64,000 bases of DNA, from contig OZ244908.1 in assembly GCA_965221705.1 (NCBI GenBank), forward strand, positions 2,166,354-2,230,353. Reading direction: 5' to 3'. This DNA is from Dehalococcoidia bacterium (GTDB lineage: Bacteria; Chloroflexota; Dehalococcoidia; Bin125). Made by a program: the position numbers and the translations under genes. Positions 36,561-47,196 of this stretch are shown here, piece after piece (position 1 is the stretch's first letter; each line of letters starts with the position of its first letter). Below the pieces are notes generated by a model that was given only the letters and a program-made list of their open reading frames with translations, was not told the origin of the DNA and made no database searches.

Positions 36561-37913
36561 TTGAGGCGAAGTGAACGCTGCATGACGCAGGGGCAACGTC
36601 GCGACGATTGGGAGGCAGCTCTGGCTCGCTGGCGCGCGGCCGGCCTGATCGACGATGACAGCGCCATCGCTATCCGAGCCTGGGAGTCGAACGAGCGCAG
36701 CGGCGGCGCCGAGCGGCGCCGATTAGCGGACGCGCTTTCCTATCTCGGCGTGTCGATCGTGCTCGTCGCGGCTCTGATGTTGGTCGCCTTGACGCTCGAC
36801 GACGGCTCTGCCTGGGTCGCCGCTCCGTTCGCCTTCGCGCTCGTCATGAGCGCTCTCGCCATCTGGACCAGCCGCGCCCAACAGCTCGCCCTGGCCGACG
36901 GCTGCTCCGGCGCTGGCGTCGTGCTCATCGCTGTGGGTCTGTTGCATCTGCTTGACGAAGTCGGCGGCGATGGTCCCGAATCGATCGCTTGGCTCGCGGT
37001 CTGTCTGTCGATCGCGCTCAGCGGCGCGTGGCTCATGCGACTCGTCAGGTCGCCTCTGGCGACGTTCCTGTGCTTTGGCGCGTTGACGATGCTGCCGCTC
37101 GCCGTCGCGGTCGAGGGCAACGCGCTCCACGCAGGCATCTTTGGTGACGGGCTTCGATCGCTGGCCAGCTGGGCGCTGTGGACCGCGATGGCCACTCAAG
37201 CCGTCGTCGCTGTTGCAGCGCTGTACATCGTTGGGCGCACTCGACGTTGGTTGCCCGATGCGCTGCGACCGTACGCCCGACTTGGAGCTTCGCTCGGGGC
37301 AAGCGTTGCGATGTTGGGCCTGGCCGCTGCTTCGACGGCGCCGTATGTCGATTGGCTCGTGATGTTGGTCGGTTGGATCGTCACGGCGTGGGCCCTGCGC
37401 AGCAGTCGACTTGAGCTCCTGCCAGCGTCAGCGCTGCTCTTGCTTGGTTCGCTCGCCGGCGGTCTGTCAGATCTCGGTAACGGCGCGCGAATCGGCCTCA
37501 CAATCGTGGTCATGATCACCGCCCTCGAACTCACTGCGCTCGGCATGACCGGTCCGCGCGCACTTGGCCGACTCAACGATCACTGGCTCACCCCGCTCTG
37601 GAAATCGGCCCTGTTGGCGGGCGGCGTAGTGGCCGCATCGGCGATGGCGGCCAACAGCGTCGAGCTGGCTGCGCTCGGCATCATCTGGGCGGCCGCGCTG
37701 TCGATCGCCGGCATCGTGCGCGAGCGGCGCGCGGAGCTCGTCTTCGGCGTTATCGGCGTCTACGCGTCGGGCTTGACGCTGATCATCGCCCGATTCGATA
37801 CGAGTTTCGGCGCAGTCGTTGGCACGCTCGTCTTTGGCCTCCTCGTCGTTATCGGAGCGATCGTCTGGCGGCGACGCGTCACCGCATTGACATTGACGGA
37901 AGGTCACTCATAG
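36561..37913 (+). CDS. polytopic membrane protein with soluble N-terminal domain (DUF2157-like), hypothetical
   Basis: 450 aa; N-terminal 60 aa hydrophilic, then about 10 hydrophobic helices. Confidence 0.5.
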   Translation: MRRSERCMTQGQRRDDWEAALARWRAAGLIDDDSAIAIRAWESNERSGGAERRRLADALSYLGVSIVLVAALMLVALTLDDGSAWVAAPFAFALVMSALAIWTSRAQQLALADGCSGAGVVLIAVGLLHLLDEVGGDGPESIAWLAVCLSIALSGAWLMRLVRSPLATFLCFGALTMLPLAVAVEGNALHAGIFGDGLRSLASWALWTAMATQAVVAVAALYIVGRTRRWLPDALRPYARLGASLGASVAMLGLAAASTAPYVDWLVMLVGWIVTAWALRSSRLELLPASALLLLGSLAGGLSDLGNGARIGLTIVVMITALELTALGMTGPRALGRLNDHWLTPLWKSALLAGGVVAASAMAANSVELAALGIIWAAALSIAGIVRERRAELVFGVIGVYASGLTLIIARFDTSFGAVVGTLVFGLLVVIGAIVWRRRVTALTLTEGHS

Positions 37914-37980
37914 CCTTTTGGCGTGTGTCCGCGACAGGCGCGATGACGCCTCGAGTGGCGATTGACCGGAGGAATCTCCA

Positions 37981-38766
37981 ATGGAAGACAAGACCATTTC
38001 GCTCGTCAATGGACGCTTCGACGTCGGCTACATGGAGGCCGGCTCAGGACCAGACCTGCTCTTTATCCACGGCGCCGGCGGACTGATGTGGGACCCGTTT
38101 CTCGAGCAGCTCTCGCAGCACTACCACGTGATCGCGCCCAAGCTGCCCGGCACCGCCAACTCCACCGGCGTCGAGTGGCTCATGGACCACCACGACGTCT
38201 TCTACTTCTACTGGGACTTCCTCGACGCTATGGGCGTCGACGATGTAGTCGTTGTCGGGCACTCGATGGGCGGATGGTTCGCCGCCGAAGTTGCGGCGAT
38301 GCAGCCCGGCCGCGTCTCGAAGCTCGTACTGATCGCGCCTGCCGGCCTCTGGAACGACGACTATCCAGTCGCCGACTTCTTCGCCATGATGCCGAACGAG
38401 TTGGTCCCGGCGCTCTTCCACGACACCAACCACCCTGGCGCGCAGATGATGACCGCGCCGCCGCCGACCGATCCCGACGAGCTGCGCACCGTCACGGTTG
38501 AGCGAGCCAAGATGCTCCAGACGGCCGCGCGATTCATGTGGCCGATCCCCGACAAGCGGCTCTCCGAGCGCATCCACCGCGTCACCTCGCCGACGCTGAT
38601 CTGCTGGGGCGCCTCCGACGGCTTGATTCCGCCGCAGTACGCCGACGACTTCAACAAGGCGATTCCGAACTCCCAGGTCGCGATGTTCTCGGCCTCGGGT
38701 CACATGCCGCAGGTCGAGGAGCCCGAAGCGATGCTCGCCGCGCTGAGTGAGTTCCTCAGCAGCTAA
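37981..38766 (+). CDS. alpha/beta hydrolase fold protein
   Basis: 261 aa; LLFIHGAGG, GHSMGG nucleophile elbow, C-terminal His. Confidence 0.8.
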   Translation: MEDKTISLVNGRFDVGYMEAGSGPDLLFIHGAGGLMWDPFLEQLSQHYHVIAPKLPGTANSTGVEWLMDHHDVFYFYWDFLDAMGVDDVVVVGHSMGGWFAAEVAAMQPGRVSKLVLIAPAGLWNDDYPVADFFAMMPNELVPALFHDTNHPGAQMMTAPPPTDPDELRTVTVERAKMLQTAARFMWPIPDKRLSERIHRVTSPTLICWGASDGLIPPQYADDFNKAIPNSQVAMFSASGHMPQVEEPEAMLAALSEFLSS

Positions 38767-38818
38767 CGGCTCACGCCGTACGTTTGCTGCTGCGCACCTG
38801 TCCATGCCCGGTCGAAGC

Positions 38819-39910
38819 ATGCTTGACGCTCCCCTCACGGGTGAGCGTTCGGCGCACTACCGCGATGTGTTTCATCGCTTCGCTCGAGTCGAGGCGCCCG
38901 TCCTGGCCTCGCCGATCTACGCCGAGCTCTCCTACGGCGTGTCGCTCGACTCGGACTTGCTTCAGCTCGCAGCGCAGAAACGCAAGCGCCAGCCGGCGCC
39001 CAACATGCTCTTCGCGGCGGTGCAGTACCTGCTGCTCAGCGGAGGCGAACACGCGCGCCACCCACTCGCGTCGCACTATCCGATCGTCTCCGGGGCAGAA
39101 CGACCGATGCAGCCCGCGTTTCCCGACTTCCGCGACTTCTGTCTCTCGTATCGCGACCAAGTCGCTGATCTGATTCGTACGCGTCGCACTCAGACCAACG
39201 TCGTGCGGCGCTGCACGTGTCTCTTGCCTGCGTTCTCGATGGTTCAGCTCGAATCACAGCAACCACTCGCGTTGGTCGACATTGGCGCCAGCGCCGGACT
39301 CAATCTCAACGTCGATCGTTACCGCTACCGCTATCTCCGCGGCGGACAGCTGGAAGCAAGCTGGGGTCGGCCTGAAGCGACGGTCCTGCTCGAGGCCGAA
39401 CTCCGCGGTGGCGCCATGCCGGCGCTCGCGGAAGAGCTGTCGATTAGCTTTCGCGGCGGCATCGATCTCAACCCCATCGACCTGTCCAACGACGAAGAGC
39501 TGCGTTGGCTCAGAGCCTTGATCTGGCCCGAGCACACTGAACGGCACCAGCGTTTGATCGACGCAGCGGCCGAACTGACTCGCTCACCGGTCGACCTTCG
39601 CGCAGGAGACGCCGCGCAGCTGCTCCCCAACATGATCTCCGACGCGCCGCAAGAGGCGGCGCTGACCGTCTACTCAACGGTCGCGATGTATCAGATCCCT
39701 GAGTCGGGTCGCGAGGAGATCTATCGCATTCTCACAGAGACCAGCCGCGAGCGTCCCGTCTGGCTGGTCACGCTCGAGCTGCACATGGAAGCCATCGACG
39801 ACCCGCAGACGCCAACGCTGTCAATCACACGCTTCGTCAACGGGAGTCATCACCGCCAACTCCTGGCTCAGGCGTCCCCCCACGGCTGGTGGATCGACTG
39901 GGTCGGCTGA
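38819..39910 (+). CDS. DUF2332 family protein
   Basis: SPIYAELSYGV ... TNVVRRCTCLLPAF ... LALVDIGASAGLNLNVDRYRYRY pattern typical of DUF2332; start chosen at internal ATG. Confidence 0.5.
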   Translation: MLDAPLTGERSAHYRDVFHRFARVEAPVLASPIYAELSYGVSLDSDLLQLAAQKRKRQPAPNMLFAAVQYLLLSGGEHARHPLASHYPIVSGAERPMQPAFPDFRDFCLSYRDQVADLIRTRRTQTNVVRRCTCLLPAFSMVQLESQQPLALVDIGASAGLNLNVDRYRYRYLRGGQLEASWGRPEATVLLEAELRGGAMPALAEELSISFRGGIDLNPIDLSNDEELRWLRALIWPEHTERHQRLIDAAAELTRSPVDLRAGDAAQLLPNMISDAPQEAALTVYSTVAMYQIPESGREEIYRILTETSRERPVWLVTLELHMEAIDDPQTPTLSITRFVNGSHHRQLLAQASPHGWWIDWVG

Positions 39911-39965
39911 CTGCTAGGCGCCGTGCTGGCGCCGAGTGGTCAGAGTCGGATGAGAGGAGGGAGCA

Positions 39966-40316
39966 CTAGCCCTTCCTTATGCGTATGCGAGTGGGTGTGA
40001 GCACAATGATGCTTTGTTCATCAATCTCTTCCGCATAGTGCTCCAGCAATTGCTGCATAGCTAGGATCTTGTCGGCAACTGTCATGTTTGTGAGGCGGAT
40101 GGTGCCGCAATGCGGTAGCTGGCGAACGAATACGAGCTCGCCGAAGTCCTAGTCCTCCGTAATGACGATTCGCCGATCTGCCAGGGCTCGACGCAAGAGG
40201 TCTGCATCAGTCGCTCGTGGATCCCAATCAATGACCGACTCAACGTCATGTCACTCGTTGAGCAACAACGCGATCAGGCTTCGTGAAGAAGCACAGACAT
40301 CGAGAAGAAACCTCAC
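39966..40316 (-). pseudogene. degraded DUF5615-family (PIN-like putative toxin) gene: GTG start overlapping the DUF433 stop, with two in-frame stops (TGA at 40251-40253, TAG at 40149-40151)
   Basis: minus-strand single frame translates V-RFLLD...LLLNE*HDVESVIDWDPRATDADLLRRALADRRIVITED*DFGELVFVRQLPHCGTIRL...; matches DUF5615 consensus (RFLLDEN...GHDV...ilrrA..e.RvlvT.DkDFGEL). Confidence 0.6.
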
Positions 40317-40567
40317 TGTCGACTGGTGGATGCTCGGTCGTAGATGTCGGCACCTGCAATAGAGCGTTGCGCGAACAGTAAGCAAGCTTGGATGTCCAAT
40401 GGGTCTAGTATCGGGTATTCCTTCAGAATCGTCTCTGTGGAGTCCCCAGCGGCAAGCATTGCCAGGATATGTTCCACAGCAACACGCATTCCGCGAAGGA
40501 CCGGCTTACCGCCAAACACGCCTGGCCGTACCACGATCCTATCTAGCAGATTGGACTCGTTCATCAC
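40313..40567 (-). CDS. DUF433 domain protein (putative antitoxin of DUF433/DUF5615 pair)
   Basis: 84 aa; PGVFGGKPVLRGMRVAVEHILAMLAAGDSTETILKEYPILDPLDIQACLLFA; low-GC islet. Confidence 0.7.
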   Translation of the reverse strand: MMNESNLLDRIVVRPGVFGGKPVLRGMRVAVEHILAMLAAGDSTETILKEYPILDPLDIQACLLFAQRSIAGADIYDRASTSRQ

Positions 40568-40630
40568 TCTGCCCCCATCGACCTGCCGTCTACTGCGGCA
40601 ATAGTACCGATGGAAGTCTCACAAAGGCCA

Positions 40631-41638
40631 TTAGCCCTTGAGCGCTTCGAGGATGCGGCCGAACTCGGTTGGGTCGCTCTCCATGACCTGGACGCTGTGC
40701 AGCAGCGCGCCGGCTGACTGCTCTTGCTCGAGACGTTCGACGCACTCCTCGGTCGTACCGACGAAGCCGAACTGCATCAGCATGTCCTCGGGAATCGCCT
40801 CGGCCCCGGCGCGACCGCCGCCGTCCTTCCAGGCGACGCGCACCGCGTTGGCCTCGTCCTCGTAGCCCTGACGCGACAGCTGTCGGTAGTAGAACTCGCC
40901 CATCCGCGCGCAGTAGAACGCGAGCGTGCCAGCCTGGCCAGCGCGTGCGCGCGCGTGGTCCTCGGGCGTGTTCGCGACCGTGACGCCGCCAGGCGCGCGC
41001 ACGGTGAAGTCCGCTGGGTCCTTGCCCGCGTCTCGAACCCACTGGTTAACCTGGTCGATTTCCTCGCCCAGACGGTCGATCGGAATCATCACGGGCAGCC
41101 AACCGTCCGAAATCTCCGCCGTCATCTGCACCGAACGCGGGTTCAGCGTCGCCAGATAAATCGGCAGCTGCTTGCGAAACGGCTCGAAGCGCAGCGTGAA
41201 GCCGCGCTGCAGCTTGAACAGATCGCCGTCGTAGTTGAGCGGCTCGTGCGAGAACAGGATCTTCATGATCTCGACGGTCTCGCGCATGCGCTTGAAGGCG
41301 GGTTGAAAGGGCACGCCGTGGAAGTGTTCGATCACCTGCGGACCCGAGTTGCCCAACCCGACGATTACGCGACCCTCAGACAGCTCGTCAATCGTGGCGA
41401 AATGCTGCGCCAGCGCCGCCGGGGTACGCGAGTAGATGTTGACGATGCTGGTGCCGACCTGCACGTTGCTGGTGCGCTCGGCCAATTGGACCAGCGTCGT
41501 GAACGCGTCCTGCCCCCACGCCTCGGCGACCCAGAGCGAGTCGATTCCAACCTCATCAGCGATCTGCGCCCGCTGCAGCGCCGTCTCGCGATTCATCGAG
41601 CCCTGCCAGTCGAAACCCATGCCAATGCGTCGGCTCAT
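40631..41638 (-). CDS. LLM class F420-dependent oxidoreductase
   Basis: 335 aa; GIDSLWVAEAWGQDAFTTLVQLAERT ... IVGLGNSGPQV. Confidence 0.8.
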   Translation of the reverse strand: MSRRIGMGFDWQGSMNRETALQRAQIADEVGIDSLWVAEAWGQDAFTTLVQLAERTSNVQVGTSIVNIYSRTPAALAQHFATIDELSEGRVIVGLGNSGPQVIEHFHGVPFQPAFKRMRETVEIMKILFSHEPLNYDGDLFKLQRGFTLRFEPFRKQLPIYLATLNPRSVQMTAEISDGWLPVMIPIDRLGEEIDQVNQWVRDAGKDPADFTVRAPGGVTVANTPEDHARARAGQAGTLAFYCARMGEFYYRQLSRQGYEDEANAVRVAWKDGGGRAGAEAIPEDMLMQFGFVGTTEECVERLEQEQSAGALLHSVQVMESDPTEFGRILEALKG

Positions 41639-41812
41639 GTCAGACTCCTCGTCTCAATCCTGTGCCTCACCGACAGATCCACCCCGGATCGCCAGTGTTG
41701 ATTCGTGCGTATGCGTCGTAGCGTAGCGTCGCTCTGACCGTTGCGAGACGACCGTGAGATAGCCTGAGCCGACCGCCGATTGCGCGTGCGTTGCAGACAA
41801 TGGAGGGCGTCG

Positions 41813-42586
41813 ATGGCCGTCAACTACGAGGTCTCGGATCGAATCGCGACGATCACGCTCGATCGACCAAAGGCGCTGAACGCGTTTGATCGCGAACAGT
41901 ATGCGGCGTTCGCCGAGTTCTGCGCACGCTTTCGGGATGACGATCAAGCCTGGGTGGCGATCATCACCGGCGCGGGGGACCGCGCGTTCTCGGCCGGCGC
42001 CGACCTGCGCGACATGATCCCCGCGCTGATGGACGAGCCGTCGAAAGAACGCTTCGAGTTGCCGCCCTCCATCATGCGTGGGATGTACATCGCCAAACCG
42101 CTGATCGCCGCGATCAACGGCTACGCCTTTGGCGGCGGTCTCGAGGTCGCCCTGGCCTGCGACCTGCGCATCGCCGCGAGCGGCGCCCAGATGGGCCAGC
42201 CCGAGGTCGGCCTCGGTTTGCTGCCCGGATGGGGCGGCACTCAGCGACTGCCGCGACTCCTCGGCGAGAGCCGCGCGATGGAGATCATGCTCACCGGCGA
42301 CCCGATCACGGCCGAGCGCGCGCTCGAGATCGGACTGGTGCACCGAGTCGTTGACGGCGGAGAACTGCTCAGCGAGGCTCGCGCGATGGCCGAGCGCATC
42401 TGTCGCAACGGACCGCTCGCTGTGCGCGCCTGCAAGTCGGCCGCCGTGCGCGGCATGCAAACATCGCTGGACGAGGGTTTGCGCATCGAACAGCTCTACT
42501 TCGAACGACTCGCCTACACAGATGACATGCGCGAAGGCGTCGCCGCCTTCAACGAGCGGCGCGCGGCTCAGTTCAGCGGCAGTTAG
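41813..42586 (+). CDS. enoyl-CoA hydratase/isomerase family protein
   Basis: IATITLDRPKALNAFD, ITGAGDRAFSAGADL, AAINGYAFGGGLEVALACD. Confidence 0.8.
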   Translation: MAVNYEVSDRIATITLDRPKALNAFDREQYAAFAEFCARFRDDDQAWVAIITGAGDRAFSAGADLRDMIPALMDEPSKERFELPPSIMRGMYIAKPLIAAINGYAFGGGLEVALACDLRIAASGAQMGQPEVGLGLLPGWGGTQRLPRLLGESRAMEIMLTGDPITAERALEIGLVHRVVDGGELLSEARAMAERICRNGPLAVRACKSAAVRGMQTSLDEGLRIEQLYFERLAYTDDMREGVAAFNERRAAQFSGS

Positions 42587-42589
42587 CAG

Positions 42590-43072
42590 TTAGAACCGCC
42601 AACGCGTGGCGCTGTTGGGAAAGTCCTGTTCGCGCCAGGCGATCGCTTTGTCCAACTTGAGCCGATATACGGGCGTCTCATCGTTCACGACGTTCTCATC
42701 GAAGAGGCCGTACTTGTTCTGATAATCCTGCAGCACAGCATCGGTTGAACTGACGATCTCGAACTCGCCGAACAGCAACACCACATCATCGCCGCTCTCC
42801 AGATGCACCTCCGCGTAGGCCTGTTGGGCCAGGTTTCGACCAGTCAGCGACTCGGTCGTCGTGAAGAACCAGAATGCGTCGTCGGTCCAGACTCCCCAGA
42901 CCGGCACCGAGTGCGCCCGCCCCGACGGCCGCGTCGTCGCAATCCAGTAGTTGCGCGATTCCGCGATCTGCTTCGTGACCTCGCTCCAGTCGAGAGGCGT
43001 GAACGGATACTGCGGATCGCCGATGCCGTAGCCGGGGTCGATCGCGGGACGCTCGGGCTGCGGGGAGGCCAC
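42590..43072 (-). CDS. pyridoxamine 5'-phosphate oxidase family (PPOX class, probable F420-dependent) protein
   Basis: 160 aa; split-barrel pattern (NYWIATTRPSGRAHSVPVWGVWTDDAFWFFTTTESLTGRNL). Confidence 0.65.
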   Translation of the reverse strand: MASPQPERPAIDPGYGIGDPQYPFTPLDWSEVTKQIAESRNYWIATTRPSGRAHSVPVWGVWTDDAFWFFTTTESLTGRNLAQQAYAEVHLESGDDVVLLFGEFEIVSSTDAVLQDYQNKYGLFDENVVNDETPVYRLKLDKAIAWREQDFPNSATRWRF

Positions 43073-43076
43073 GAAC

Positions 43077-43478
43077 CTACTCCTCCTGCGCGGTCAGCGG
43101 GTCATACGTGCCTAGATGCCAGTGATTGCCCTCATAGTCCGCGACCGTGAATGCGTGCGACCCGTAGTCGGTGTCTTCGAGCGGCTGGACGACCGTCGCG
43201 CCTGCGGCGACAGCCTGCTTGTAGACCGCGTCGACCTGCTCCGCCGATTCAGCGGTCATGCTGATCGACCCGTGTCGGTGTGACAGATCAAACACATCGC
43301 CGCGCAGGTCACCCAGCATGATCAGCGACCCCAACCAGGCGAGCTGCGCATGTTCGACGGCGCCATCTTCACTTCGTACGACGAAGTGCTCAGTGATGCC
43401 AAAGGCGTCATGCAACCACTCGATGGCCTTGTTGGCGTCCTCATAGCGCAGAACGGGGATGACAGTTTGATGCGGCAT
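43077..43478 (-). CDS. VOC family protein (glyoxalase-like)
   Basis: 133 aa; IPVLRYEDANKAIEWLHDAFGF ... DTDYGSHAFTVADYEGNHWHLGTYDP. Confidence 0.7.
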   Translation of the reverse strand: MPHQTVIPVLRYEDANKAIEWLHDAFGITEHFVVRSEDGAVEHAQLAWLGSLIMLGDLRGDVFDLSHRHGSISMTAESAEQVDAVYKQAVAAGATVVQPLEDTDYGSHAFTVADYEGNHWHLGTYDPLTAQEE

Positions 43479-43511
43479 GTTGGGCTCCTCTCGATTCAGG
43501 CAGTACGTAGC

Positions 43512-45584
43512 TTATACGTTCGGCAACGGCTCGTCGATGACGCGGCTCAGTTCGCCGGCGCTCTGGACGGGCGCCGAACAGGCGAATGCCTGGCACACAT
43601 ACGCAGTCGGCTGGCCTGCCTGCATTGACTTGTCCGCGAGCTGCGGAACGACGCTGTCGCCGTCGCGCTGCATCAACACCATCGGCCGTGGACGGCCAAG
43701 CCACAGATCACGGCGCATCTGCGCCAGCTCGGCATCGCCACGCGGACCGACGAGCGCCACCGAGCGATGCTGCGTTAGCCAGTCCTGCACCGAGACGAAT
43801 AGTCCCAACATCGTCGGCGCCTTGCTCAGGTAGGCCGAGAAGGCGGCGCTCATCGCTTCGAGGATGTCGGCGTAACGACCCTCAGCAGTTAGCGCGTACA
43901 TGCGCGCCAGCGCCCGCGCCGCGAGTGAGTTGCCGCTCGGCGTGGCGCCATCCTGGGTCGGTTTGCGCTGCGCGATCAGCTGCTCGCCATCCCGCGCGAC
44001 CGTGAAAAACCCGCCGCCCTCATGATCCCAGAAGCGCTCGATCATGTCATCGACCAGCGCCCTCGATTCGAGGAACCACGATTCTTCACCAGTCGCCTCA
44101 TACAGCGAGATCATGCCGTCGGCGAGCGCCGCATAGTCCTCGACGAACGCCTCAACTGAGGCGCGACCGGCGGAGTGGATGCGAAGCAGGCCGCCATTAT
44201 CGCTGCGCATGCGCTCGAGGATGAACCGGGCCGCGCGTTCGGCCGCTTCGATGAACCGAGCTCGGTCGAGCACCGCGCCCGCGCGCGCGAGCGCGTCGAT
44301 CGCCATGCCGTTCCAGGCGGCGATCACCTTTGTATCGGTCGCTGGAGGCACGCGCTGCGACCGCCGAGCGAGCAACGACTCACGCGAGCGTTTAAGCGAT
44401 GTCTCAACCTCCGCCAACGGCCGATCCAGCCACTGCGCCACCGCCTCAGGAGTCTGCGCCGCCGTCAGGATCGTGTTGCCTTCCCAGTTGCCGCCGACAT
44501 CGACGCCCCAGCGCCGACAGGCGATCTCGCCATCGTCAGGATCGAGTAGCTCTTGCACCTCGTCACGGGTCCAGACGAAGTACTTGCCCTCTACACCGTC
44601 CGAGTCGGCGTCAGTCGAGGCGTAGAACGCGCCTTCTGGAGTTTGCAGTCCATCGAGCAGATAGTCTGCCGTTTCCTCAGCGATGCGGGCGAAGAACGGG
44701 TCGCCCTCTGGGCGGCCGATGAGTCGGTGCGCGTCCAGGTAGAGCGGAATCAGCAAGGCATTGTCGTAGAGCATCTTCTCGAAGTGCGGTACGAGCCAGA
44801 TTTGGTCGACGGCGTAGCGATGAAAGCCGCCGGCGAGCTGGTCGTAGATGCCGCCCTCAGCCATCTGACGCAGCGTCTGGGCCAGATGTCGAGCGGCGTC
44901 GCCGCGATTGCTGGCGGTGTCGTCCAGCGCCTGTTGGAGCATCAGCTGCAGATAGTACGGCTGGGGAAATTTGGGCGCGCCGCCGAAACCGCCGTGCGTA
45001 CGATCCGCCGCCTGCAACAGAGCCGTGGCTGCGCGCGATCGAATCTGGGACGCCGACTCGGTCAGCTCCTCGCCGGCCAACTCGACGCGCAAATTGAGAT
45101 GCTCCGTCAGCTGCGTCGCCTGCTGCTCGACCTGGTCTCGTTGCTCACGGAAGGCCCGCGACACGCCCTGCAGGACATCGGTCCAGCCAGGCATGCCCGT
45201 GCGCCGCTCGGGCGGAAAGTAGGTCCCGCCGAAAAACGGTCGCCCGTCGGGCGTGCAAAACACGTTCAGCGGCCAGCCGCCGTGACCATGCAACATCTGT
45301 TGCGCGTCCATGTAGATCTCGTCGACATCTGGCCGCTCCTCGCGGTCGACCTTGATGCTGACCACAAGCTCGTTTTGCAGCGCTGCGATCCGTTCGTCCT
45401 CGAACGACTCCCGCTCCATCACGTGACACCAGTGACAGGCCGCATAGCCGATGCTGATCAGCACCGGCTTGTCCTCTGCTCGCGCTCGGGCCCAGGCCTC
45501 CTCGCCCCAGGCGTGCCAATCGACAGGATTGTTGGCATGCTGCAGCAGGTACGGCGATGTCTCAAGCGACAGTCGATTGGCCAT
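43512..45584 (-). CDS. thioredoxin domain-containing protein (DUF255/YyaL-like, thioredoxin plus six-hairpin glycosidase-like domain)
   Basis: 690 aa; [21 protein letters not shown]...[15 protein letters not shown]-terminus. Confidence 0.8.
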   Translation of the reverse strand: MANRLSLETSPYLLQHANNPVDWHAWGEEAWARARAEDKPVLISIGYAACHWCHVMERESFEDERIAALQNELVVSIKVDREERPDVDEIYMDAQQMLHGHGGWPLNVFCTPDGRPFFGGTYFPPERRTGMPGWTDVLQGVSRAFREQRDQVEQQATQLTEHLNLRVELAGEELTESASQIRSRAATALLQAADRTHGGFGGAPKFPQPYYLQLMLQQALDDTASNRGDAARHLAQTLRQMAEGGIYDQLAGGFHRYAVDQIWLVPHFEKMLYDNALLIPLYLDAHRLIGRPEGDPFFARIAEETADYLLDGLQTPEGAFYASTDADSDGVEGKYFVWTRDEVQELLDPDDGEIACRRWGVDVGGNWEGNTILTAAQTPEAVAQWLDRPLAEVETSLKRSRESLLARRSQRVPPATDTKVIAAWNGMAIDALARAGAVLDRARFIEAAERAARFILERMRSDNGGLLRIHSAGRASVEAFVEDYAALADGMISLYEATGEESWFLESRALVDDMIERFWDHEGGGFFTVARDGEQLIAQRKPTQDGATPSGNSLAARALARMYALTAEGRYADILEAMSAAFSAYLSKAPTMLGLFVSVQDWLTQHRSVALVGPRGDAELAQMRRDLWLGRPRPMVLMQRDGDSVVPQLADKSMQAGQPTAYVCQAFACSAPVQSAGELSRVIDEPLPNV

Positions 45585-45814
45585 GGGTCGTCCTTACGTA
45601 GCCCAACCTTAACAGCGTCGATACGACCGACCGCGATGTCGCTGTTAGCGTTTCGCTCGCACCTGAGATACCGCCAGAGTCAAACAGCAACGGTGAGGCA
45701 GTCGTCGTGGCGCCCATTGATCACCTGATGGCTCCTCTGCATCAGCTTCTGAAGCCCCTTACCGCTCATCTGCGACTCGACCGCGCAAACGTCGATGTCG
45801 GCCACCGCGAACTC

Positions 45815-46480
45815 ATGGCTGAAGTCCTGGGCACGTTCGGTCTGGTGCTCTTCTGCGCTGGCTCATCGCATGTCAACTGGTGGTCAGGCGGCGAACTCGG
45901 CGCGCTCGGCGTGGGACTGGTCAATGGTTTCGGCGTCGCGGTGATGATCTTCGCCTTCTGGGCGATTTCCGGCGCGCACCTCAATCCCGCCGTCTCTCTT
46001 GGACTCTGGCTCACCGGACGCTTACCCGGCCGCCGACTCATTCCCTACGTCGCCGCTCAACTCATCGGCGCGCTGATCGCTTCCTCGGTCATGCACGGCC
46101 TGTTTCGCAATCACACCGGCGAGGGCGAGTCCTGGTTGGGCGCCAACTTCAGCGACGGACCAGTGATTCAGGCCTTCGGTACCGAGGTCGTGATCACGTT
46201 CTTTCTCGTCTACGCAATTCTGTTGCTGGCAGAGCGCGGCCGGGGGGCGACCGTCTTCGCGCTCGCGGTCGGACTCTATGTCGCCGCCGCAGTGACGATG
46301 GCCGGCGGCGTTTCAGGAGCGTCGATGAATCCCGCCCGCGCCTTCGGCCCGGCGGCGATCGCCTGGTTCTGGGACAACCACTGGGTCTACTGGGTCGCGC
46401 CTGGGTTAGGCGCGCTGATCGCAGCCATGTTTCACGCAGTCCTGCGCGATCGCGTGAGCGAGTCAGAGCCAGAGGCCTGA
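45815..46480 (+). CDS. MIP/aquaporin family channel
   Basis: two NPA boxes (SGAHLNPAVSLG and GASMNPARAFGPA); start placed at MAEVLGTFGLV. Confidence 0.8.
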   Translation: MAEVLGTFGLVLFCAGSSHVNWWSGGELGALGVGLVNGFGVAVMIFAFWAISGAHLNPAVSLGLWLTGRLPGRRLIPYVAAQLIGALIASSVMHGLFRNHTGEGESWLGANFSDGPVIQAFGTEVVITFFLVYAILLLAERGRGATVFALAVGLYVAAAVTMAGGVSGASMNPARAFGPAAIAWFWDNHWVYWVAPGLGALIAAMFHAVLRDRVSESEPEA

Positions 46481-46501
46481 GCGGCGCATTGGGACCAGCG
46501 C

Positions 46502-47164
46502 TCAGCTATTGATGCCGGCGGCGCGCAACGCGATTCGCAGTGCTCGGTAGTTGTGTCTGGTGAAGTGATATCCGCCCATGCCCACTGCCTGAGCGCCGAG
46601 CACGTTCTCCTCGAGATCGTCGATGAAGAAGCAGTCCTGGGTCGCCACGCCGATCTCGTCAGCGGCATGTTCGAAGATGCGCGGGTCGGGCTTGCGCAAG
46701 CCGATCTCCCCAGAGACGACGATCGCATCCCATCGGACCTCGACCGGCAGGTTGCTGAGAAAACGCTCGCGGAGGTCGTCGGGCGCGTTCGAGAGCACGC
46801 CAATCTTGTGTCCCGCGGCCTGTAAGTCTTGCGCAAGCTCAAAGTTCGGCTCGTGATACCGCCACGGCTGCGCGTACCAGGCGTCGAGCAGATTCTGCAC
46901 TTCGGTCGTCGGGTCGCCAGGGAGATACGGCGCAAGTCGCTGCTCGACCCCGCGCTGCCAGGTGTCCCAGTTGCCGCGACCAGTCTCGATCGCGCGCCAC
47001 TCGGGCGTGCGATAGAACGCGTCGACCAATGCTCCCGGCGGTAGGTTCCAACGCTGTCCGAACTCCTCGTAGCCGTCCCAATCCATCTGAATCAGGACAC
47101 CGCCAAAGTCAAACAGAATCGCCCGCTGCCGAGTCTCGCTGACTGGCCTGATGTTGTCGCTCAT
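46502..47164 (-). CDS. HAD-IA family hydrolase
   Basis: 220 aa; motif I ILFDFGGVLI, motif III/IV region FFIDDLEENV. Confidence 0.75.
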   Translation of the reverse strand: MSDNIRPVSETRQRAILFDFGGVLIQMDWDGYEEFGQRWNLPPGALVDAFYRTPEWRAIETGRGNWDTWQRGVEQRLAPYLPGDPTTEVQNLLDAWYAQPWRYHEPNFELAQDLQAAGHKIGVLSNAPDDLRERFLSNLPVEVRWDAIVVSGEIGLRKPDPRIFEHAADEIGVATQDCFFIDDLEENVLGAQAVGMGGYHFTRHNYRALRIALRAAGINS

Positions 47165-47196
47165 TCGTTGATGTCTCCTCAGGGTTCTGAGCTTCC

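Noticed and set aside
40724-41701. 325-aa plus-strand ORF over the LLM gene 40631-41638
   Set aside because: Arg/Leu/Ala-rich antisense shadow. The minus strand encodes an LLM-class protein with conserved motifs.
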